Shown: positions 34,074 to 38,808 of the stretch, one piece after another
Position numbering within the stretch: the stretch's first letter is position 1
Layout of the letters: every line of letters starts with the position of its first letter
Assembly (NCBI GenBank): GCA_964395425.1
Contig: CAYNDD010000004.1
Span: forward strand, 1 to 38,808
Source: an uncultured Frankiaceae bacterium
Lineage (GTDB): Bacteria; Actinomycetota; Actinomycetes; JAFAQI01
DNA: 38,808 nucleotides
Direction of reading: 5' to 3'
Notes under the pieces: model-generated
Databases searched by the model: none
What the model was told of the DNA's origin: nothing
Seen by the model: only the letters and a program-made list of their open reading frames with translations
Position numbers and translations under genes: made by a program

Positions 34074-36175
34074 GCGCGCCCGCGCGCGAGTCCGGCCTCC
34101 TGACCTGCTTGCTCGAGCCCCGCAGCATCGCCGTCGTCGGCGCCAGCCCGCGGCCGGGCAGTTTCGGCGAGCGGATGGTGACCGAGGTCCTGCGCAGCTC
34201 TGCGGAGGTCAGTGTCCACCTGGTCAACCCGCGGTACGCCGACCTCGCCGGTCGCCGTTGCTATCCCTCGCTCGCCGAGATCGGCGACGCGATCGACCTG
34301 GTCCTGCTCGGCGTCGGTGATCCGGCCCTCGAGGCCGAGCTTTCGCTCGTGGCGAAGCGCGGCGACCGCGCGGCGGTGATCTTCGGCAATGCCTACGAGC
34401 CACCGGCTGCGGGGGTCATCCCGCTGCGGACCCGGCTCGCGACCATCGCCCGCGAGGCATCGATGCAGCTGTGCGGCGGCGGCTGCATGGGCTACGTCAA
34501 CGTCGCCAAGGGGATCCGCGCGATTGGCTATCTCGAGCCCGACCCGATCCCGGCCGGGCCGGTGGCGATGGTGACGCACTCGGGATCGGTCTTCTCGGCC
34601 GTCCTGCGGGCCCGTCGCGGCTTGGGCTTCACCCTCGCGGTGTCGTCCGGCCAGGAGCTGGTGACGACCACCGCGGCCTACCTCGACTACGCCCTCGGGC
34701 TGCCCCAGACCGAGGTGATCGCGCTCGTCCTGGAGGCGATGCGGGACACCGCGGCGCTGCGCGAGTCGCTGTCTGCGGCGGCGGCGCGCGACATCCCGGT
34801 CGTGGTGTTGCCGGTTGGCACGAGCGAGCGGGGGGCCTCGATGGTGGCCGCGCACTCTGGCGCGGTCGCCGGCGGCACCGCCGCCTGGGAGGCACTGGCC
34901 GATGCCCACGGCCTGCACCTGGTGTCCGACCTCGGTGAGCTGCTCGACACGGTCGAGCTGTTCGCGGCCGGCCGGCGGGCGCGACCGAGAGGACGTAGCG
35001 GCGGCGGGCTGGCCGCGGTGCTCGACTCCGGTGCGGAGCGGGCCCTGATCGTCGACGTGGCGGCGGCGGTTGGGGTGCCGTTCGCCGAGATCTCGGCTGA
35101 GACAACGTCGCGCATCGCGCAGCGGCTCGATCCCGGCCTGGTCGCGACCAACCCGCTCGACGTCTGGGGCAACGGCGCCGACACCGAGGGCCTGTTCGGC
35201 GATGTGCTGATCGACCTGGCCCGCGATCCGGCGGTCCAGGCGGTCGCCCTCGCGGTCGACCTGGTCGAGGAGCTCGACGGTGACGACTCCTACCGCAATG
35301 CGGTCCGCCGCTGCGCGACGGCGACCGATCTCCCGGTCGTCGTCCTCAGTCACCTGCCGTCGGCGCTCGACCTCGGCGCGGCCGCGGCGCTTCGGGGGGC
35401 AGGCGTACCGGTGCTCGAGGGCACCCGAAGCGGCCTGCGGGCGCTCGGACATCTCCTCCGGCACGCCGACCGGCTACCGCCGGTGCCAGGCCCTGCGGTC
35501 GACACCGCGCGCCGGGATCGCTGGCGCGCGCGTCTGGCCGACGGTCCGTTGCCCGCGGCGGAGGGCTTCCGGTTGTTGGCCGACTACGGGCTCGAGGTGG
35601 CCGAGATCCGCCCGGCCGATCACGAAGGCGCCGTGCTCGCCGCCGCGTCGGAGCTCGGTTACCCAGTCGTTCTCAAGACCGACGAGGACATCGCGCACAA
35701 GACGGACGTCGGCGGGGTAGTCGTCGGGATCGGAGACGATCAGGAGCTGGTGGAGACCTACCGGGAGCTGGCCAGCCGGCTTGGTCCGCGGGTGATTGTG
35801 TGCCGGCAGGTCGCGCCGGGCGTCGAGGTGCTGGTCGGGGCGGTGCGCGACCCGAGTCTCGGCCTGCTGCTCGTGGTCGGCCCGGGTGGGGTGCTGGTCG
35901 AGTACGTCGCCGACCGGGCTGCGGCCCTGCCGCCGGCCGGCGCGGAGCATGCGCGGACCCTGCTCGGCCGGACCATGGTCGAGCGCCTGCTGCTCGAGCC
36001 CCGGCACGGTGCGGCCGCCGACATCGACGCCGTCGCCGCCGCGATCGCGGCGCTGTCACAGCTGGCGACCGAGCTCGGTGATTCACTCGACGCGATCGAG
36101 ATCAACCCGCTGGTGTGCAGCGCGGCCGGCGCGGTCGCGGTCGACGTCCACCTCGAGCAGACGAAGGCGTCCTAG
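34070..36175 (+). CDS. ADP-forming acyl-CoA synthetase family protein (CoA-binding + ligase-CoA + ATP-grasp domains)
   Basis: 701 aa. GTG 34070 overlaps the upstream TGA (GTGA). The N-terminal CoA-binding segment is LLEPRSIAVVGASPRPGSFG. The C-terminal ATP-grasp segment is LADYGLEVAEIRPADHEGAVLAAASELGYPVVLKTDEDIAHKTDVGGV. Confidence 0.8.
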   Translation: MSAPARESGLLTCLLEPRSIAVVGASPRPGSFGERMVTEVLRSSAEVSVHLVNPRYADLAGRRCYPSLAEIGDAIDLVLLGVGDPALEAELSLVAKRGDRAAVIFGNAYEPPAAGVIPLRTRLATIAREASMQLCGGGCMGYVNVAKGIRAIGYLEPDPIPAGPVAMVTHSGSVFSAVLRARRGLGFTLAVSSGQELVTTTAAYLDYALGLPQTEVIALVLEAMRDTAALRESLSAAAARDIPVVVLPVGTSERGASMVAAHSGAVAGGTAAWEALADAHGLHLVSDLGELLDTVELFAAGRRARPRGRSGGGLAAVLDSGAERALIVDVAAAVGVPFAEISAETTSRIAQRLDPGLVATNPLDVWGNGADTEGLFGDVLIDLARDPAVQAVALAVDLVEELDGDDSYRNAVRRCATATDLPVVVLSHLPSALDLGAAAALRGAGVPVLEGTRSGLRALGHLLRHADRLPPVPGPAVDTARRDRWRARLADGPLPAAEGFRLLADYGLEVAEIRPADHEGAVLAAASELGYPVVLKTDEDIAHKTDVGGVVVGIGDDQELVETYRELASRLGPRVIVCRQVAPGVEVLVGAVRDPSLGLLLVVGPGGVLVEYVADRAAALPPAGAEHARTLLGRTMVERLLLEPRHGAAADIDAVAAAIAALSQLATELGDSLDAIEINPLVCSAAGAVAVDVHLEQTKAS

Positions 36176-36696
36176 CCAGGGGTCTCGTCCAGGTCTTGCA
36201 AGGTGCCCACGATCAGCAGCCAGGCGCCGGACACGAAGAAGGAGAAGTTGACGATGAGGGCGATCGCGGCGACGTAGATCCCGGCGCGCGTGCCGTCGTA
36301 CAACAACAGCGCGGCGACGACCTGCCCCAGGTAGCAAACGCTCCCACCGACGATGCGGCTCGGACTGAGGGCATAGCGGCTGCTGTGCAGCCGGAAGGCC
36401 TGGACATACCCGTTGGTGTTGATCGCCCCGGCGATGGCCGCCACGAGCAGCCACTCGATCCCCAACGACCGATGGGTCTGGTGCCCCATCAGTGCAAAGG
36501 CGCAAAGAATGAACGCAGCGGTGAAGCCGGTGAGCATGTTGATGGCGCGGTACTTGTGCGTCGCGTCCGCCGTGACGACCCGTGAGTTGATCGTCATGGC
36601 CACAAAAACCAGTCCGGCCAACGTCGCAGAGCCAGTGCCTACCAGGACGAAGAAGTCCGTCCACTGCCGAGGGTCGTACCCCGCCGCCGCGAGCAC
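36172..36696 (-). CDS. Hypothetical integral membrane protein (about 5 TM helices)
   Basis: 174 aa with a GTG start 16 nt after the cupin stop. Hydrophobic helices run throughout. I recognise no family and see no clear RBS. Confidence 0.5.
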   Translation of the reverse strand: MLAAAGYDPRQWTDFFVLVGTGSATLAGLVFVAMTINSRVVTADATHKYRAINMLTGFTAAFILCAFALMGHQTHRSLGIEWLLVAAIAGAINTNGYVQAFRLHSSRYALSPSRIVGGSVCYLGQVVAALLLYDGTRAGIYVAAIALIVNFSFFVSGAWLLIVGTLQDLDETPG

Positions 36697-36712
36697 GGCG
36701 CAAGGCTAGCCG

Positions 36713-37075
36713 CTAGAAGATGACGTACAGCTTGCGCAGCGTCTCGTGGATCTGCCAGGTGCCGGCCCAGCCGCGCGGGAACACGACCGCATCGCCGGCG
36801 CCGACCTCAACCGGCTCGTTGCCCTCGCGGGTGACCGTCATCCGGCCGGAGATGATGTAGATCTCCTCGTGCGTTTCGAGCGTCCAGTACGACGGGCCGG
36901 GCGTGCACTCCCAGATCCCGACCTCGGCGTCGCCGTCCTTCCACAGCGTCAGGCCCGCGGTGGTCATCGGGGTGTTGTCCGGGTCGCTGGCCTCCTCGAG
37001 CGGGCCCCAGTCCTCGAGCTCGCTGCCGGCCGCGATGGCGTGCAGGTGGGGAGTGCCGGTGTCGACGTGGGTCAT
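36713..37075 (-). CDS. Small cupin-fold protein (DUF861/EutQ-like)
   Basis: 120 aa. Its ATG overlaps the stop of the upstream flavoenzyme (ATGA at 37072-37075). The cupin core is GIWECTPGPSYWTLETHEEIYIISGRMTVTREGNEPVEVGAGDAVVFPRGWAGTW. Confidence 0.7.
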   Translation of the reverse strand: MTHVDTGTPHLHAIAAGSELEDWGPLEEASDPDNTPMTTAGLTLWKDGDAEVGIWECTPGPSYWTLETHEEIYIISGRMTVTREGNEPVEVGAGDAVVFPRGWAGTWQIHETLRKLYVIF

Positions 37076-38280
37076 GTGGAGGAGGTCCTTTCCGGGAACG
37101 GCAGTGCGATCGGGTCGGCGGGAAGCTTGCTGCGGCCCTCGGCGTCGAACCGGTCGAGGCCGAGGTCGGTGCAGTCGGTGACGGACGTGGTGCCGGTCAG
37201 GGCCAGATCGGCGGCGGCCCGGGCCACGCCCGGCCCCCACATCATGCCGTGGCCACCAGGCGCGGCGACGGTCACGCCCCCGATCGGGCCGTCCGCGGTG
37301 ATGCCGGGGCCGAGGATCGGCAGGTGGTCGGGGGTGAAGTCGATGGTTGCCGCCCAGGCACGGCGCAGCGCGAGCTTCTCGGTCACCGGGACCAGCTCGG
37401 CGAGCCGCCCGCGCATCCGGTCGAGATAGGGAAGGTCGATCTCGGTGGCCTTGCCCTCGGGCTCGTCCGGATTGCTCATCCCGAACAGCAGGCCGCGTTC
37501 CTCCGCGCGCCAGTAGAGCCCGGCGACCAGGTCGAAGACCATCGGCAGCCGGCTCGGCTCGAAGTCCGGGTGGGGCTCGGTGACCGCGACCTGATGGCGG
37601 ACCCCGCCGACCGGGATCCGGATGCCGGCGAGCGCACCGACCGCGCGTAGCTTCGGGCCGCCGGTCAGGACCACCCGGTCGGTGGCGATCGGACCGGCCG
37701 AGGTCTCGACTCCGGTGACCGTGCCGGCGTCGGTCGCCAGCCCGGTGAAGGCGGTGTGCTCGTGGACGTCGACCCCGGCCTGCGCCATCGCGACGGCGTA
37801 GGCGAGCACGTTGCGCGGCGGGGTGATGTAGCCGTCTCCGTCGAAGTAGGTGCCGCCGAGGGTCATCCCGGGCGCCATCGTGGGGTTGACCCGGTCGGCC
37901 TCGTCCGGATCCAGCCACCTGACGTCGAGACCGGCCGCGCGCTGCATCTGCATCCGCGCTTCGGCGGCGACGAGGTCGTCGGGGGTGAAGCAGGGCAGGA
38001 AGTAGCCCTGCTGAGTGAAGCCGGAGTCGATCCCGATCTCATCGTGCTGCGAGCGGTAGAACGTGCGCGACCATTCGGCGAGCTCGACCGCCCAGCGGGT
38101 GCCACCCTGGCTGCGGACGATGCCGGCCGCCCGGCTGCTCGCGCCCTGGCCGAGCTGGTCCTTCTCCACCAGGACCACCCGGTCGAGCCCGCTGCGCTTG
38201 AGGAAATAGGCACACCAGGCACCGATGGTTCCGCCGCCGACGACGACGGCGTCGGCGGATTCGGGCAGGGTCGACGCCAT
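37072..38280 (-). CDS. FAD-dependent oxidoreductase (sarcosine-oxidase-beta / glycine-D-amino-acid-oxidase-like, COG0665-type)
   Basis: I call ATG 38280, giving MASTLPESADAVVVGGGTIGAWCAYFLKRSGLDRVVLVEKDQLGQGASSRAAG. 402 aa. The track ORF extends to 38628 but crosses the P3 operator and the divergent gene. Confidence 0.8.
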   Translation of the reverse strand: MASTLPESADAVVVGGGTIGAWCAYFLKRSGLDRVVLVEKDQLGQGASSRAAGIVRSQGGTRWAVELAEWSRTFYRSQHDEIGIDSGFTQQGYFLPCFTPDDLVAAEARMQMQRAAGLDVRWLDPDEADRVNPTMAPGMTLGGTYFDGDGYITPPRNVLAYAVAMAQAGVDVHEHTAFTGLATDAGTVTGVETSAGPIATDRVVLTGGPKLRAVGALAGIRIPVGGVRHQVAVTEPHPDFEPSRLPMVFDLVAGLYWRAEERGLLFGMSNPDEPEGKATEIDLPYLDRMRGRLAELVPVTEKLALRRAWAATIDFTPDHLPILGPGITADGPIGGVTVAAPGGHGMMWGPGVARAAADLALTGTTSVTDCTDLGLDRFDAEGRSKLPADPIALPFPERTSST

Positions 38281-38324
38281 TGGCACGGCGGGAACGCTCG
38301 CATAGACTGAACAGTCAGTCAAGG
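38280..38324 (+). promoter_or_regulatory. Promoter-operator cassette P3 (drives the acyl-CoA dehydrogenase)
   Basis: TTGGCA (38280-38285), a 17-nt spacer, TAGACT (38303-38308), and the inverted repeat GACTGAACAGTCAGTC (38305-38320) with perfect 6-bp arms. The ATG at 38343 is preceded by GAGGGGA. Confidence 0.6.
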
Positions 38325-38342
38325 CCATGAGGGGACCTTCGC

Positions 38343-38808
38343 ATGTATGAGTTGACAGCGGCCGACCTCGACCTGCAGGCCCGGGCCAGGAGCTTCGCCG
38401 ACGAGCTGATCCCCTTCGAGGTCGAAGCCGAAATGGCCGGCGGCGAGCTGCCCGCATCGGTGGTCGCCGCGCACCGCACCCGCGCCCACGAGCTGGGTCT
38501 GTGCGCGACCAACATGCCGGTGCAGCTCGGCGGGCTCGGCTGCACGTCGCTGCAGCAGGTGCTGGTGCAGGAGCAGATGGGCCGGGTGACCAACGCCCTC
38601 GGCTGGGTCGCCTCCACGCCGCCGTCATGGTTCCCCGAGGTGGCGACCGAGCACCAGATCGAGCGCTGGCTGCGCCCGACCGTGTCCGGCGATCGCGAGG
38701 AGTGCTACGCGATCACCGAGGCGGGCGCCGGCTCCGACGTCGACGACATCGTGGCCACCGCTCGCCGGGACGGCGACGACTACATCCTCGACGGCGAGAA
38801 GTGGCACG
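38343..38808 (+). CDS. Acyl-CoA dehydrogenase, N-terminal 155 codons (runs off the window)
   Basis: Not in the ORF track because it runs off the edge. My translation is MYELTAADLDLQARARSFADELIPFEVEAEMAGGELPASVVAAHRTRAHELGLCATNMPVQLGG...ECYAITEAGAGSDVDDIVATARRDGDDYILDGEKWH. The YAITEAGAGSD and GEKW segments are typical of acyl-CoA dehydrogenases. Confidence 0.85.
   Translation, partial: MYELTAADLDLQARARSFADELIPFEVEAEMAGGELPASVVAAHRTRAHELGLCATNMPVQLGGLGCTSLQQVLVQEQMGRVTNALGWVASTPPSWFPEVATEHQIERWLRPTVSGDREECYAITEAGAGSDVDDIVATARRDGDDYILDGEKWH

Noticed and set aside
32403-35464. Minus-strand ORFs of 516 and 519 aa (32403-33953 and 33905-35464), and similar long antisense ORFs elsewhere (for example 13600-14892, 14745-16013, 16089-17246, 6897-8114, 21264-22505).
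   Set aside because: Their composition is dominated by Arg/Asp/Gly/Pro/Val. None has a domain signature. Each lies opposite a gene with clear family motifs and GC3 bias, so they are GC-driven shadow ORFs.
37072-38628. 5' extensions of track ORFs, including 37072-38628, 5339-6730, 8293-9756, 30378-31784, 24985-26019 and 26034-26765.
   Set aside because: The extensions are low-complexity, and they cross divergent promoters or operators or neighbouring genes. Downstream starts have Shine-Dalgarno sequences or stop-start coupling and give family-typical N-termini.
1-38808. A search for tRNA, rRNA, transposase/IS ends, toxin-antitoxin pairs and known defence-system signatures.
   Set aside because: The non-coding gaps are all short (under 200 bp) and are accounted for by promoters and terminators. 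I saw no cloverleaf-capable sequence, no terminal inverted repeats flanking a transposase-like ORF, and no paired small ORFs of TA type.

Overview
This is a very GC-rich chromosomal segment with strong third-codon-position GC bias, typical of a high-GC actinobacterium. It holds about 40 genes and no rRNA, tRNA or CRISPR array. From left to right:

- **1-3565:** the potassium pump operon kdpF-kdpA-kdpB on the minus strand (kdpB is cut by the window edge). An extra 27-codon membrane micro-ORF is coupled to kdpF. The promoter region carries phased direct repeats.
- **3688-12135:** an orphan methyl-accepting chemotaxis protein, an MFS transporter, housekeeping-type oxidoreductases, a DUF1345 membrane protein, an acyl-ACP desaturase and a GNAT acetyltransferase.
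- **12154-18124:** a Rieske oxygenase diverging from an aminotransferase plus a PotD/B/C-like ABC importer that has no ATPase gene.
- **18161-28937:** a 10.8-kb peptide-utilisation block under a GntR regulator. It encodes a beta-lactamase-fold serine hydrolase, a five-component Dpp-type ABC importer, an atypical M19 dipeptidase, an ornithine-cyclodeaminase-family enzyme and a DadA-like flavoenzyme. A DUF222/HNH gene follows at 28988-30217.
- **30378-38808:** a tetR-potA operon diverging from a COG1233 oxidoreductase and an ADP-forming acyl-CoA synthetase. Next come a SoxB-like flavoenzyme, a cupin and a membrane protein, which diverge from an acyl-CoA dehydrogenase cut by the window edge.

**Main result.** Three almost identical promoter-plus-palindromic-operator cassettes sit at 13441-13485, 32302-32346 and 38280-38324. 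They link the Rieske/aminotransferase/importer unit, the tetR-potA unit and the flavoenzyme/acyl-CoA units into one dispersed regulon, probably controlled by the TetR. The 12-kb peptide block interrupts this regulon and separates the importer from its ATPase.

I see no recognisable defence system, prophage or integrase. All functional calls come from by-eye motif recognition, not database searches.
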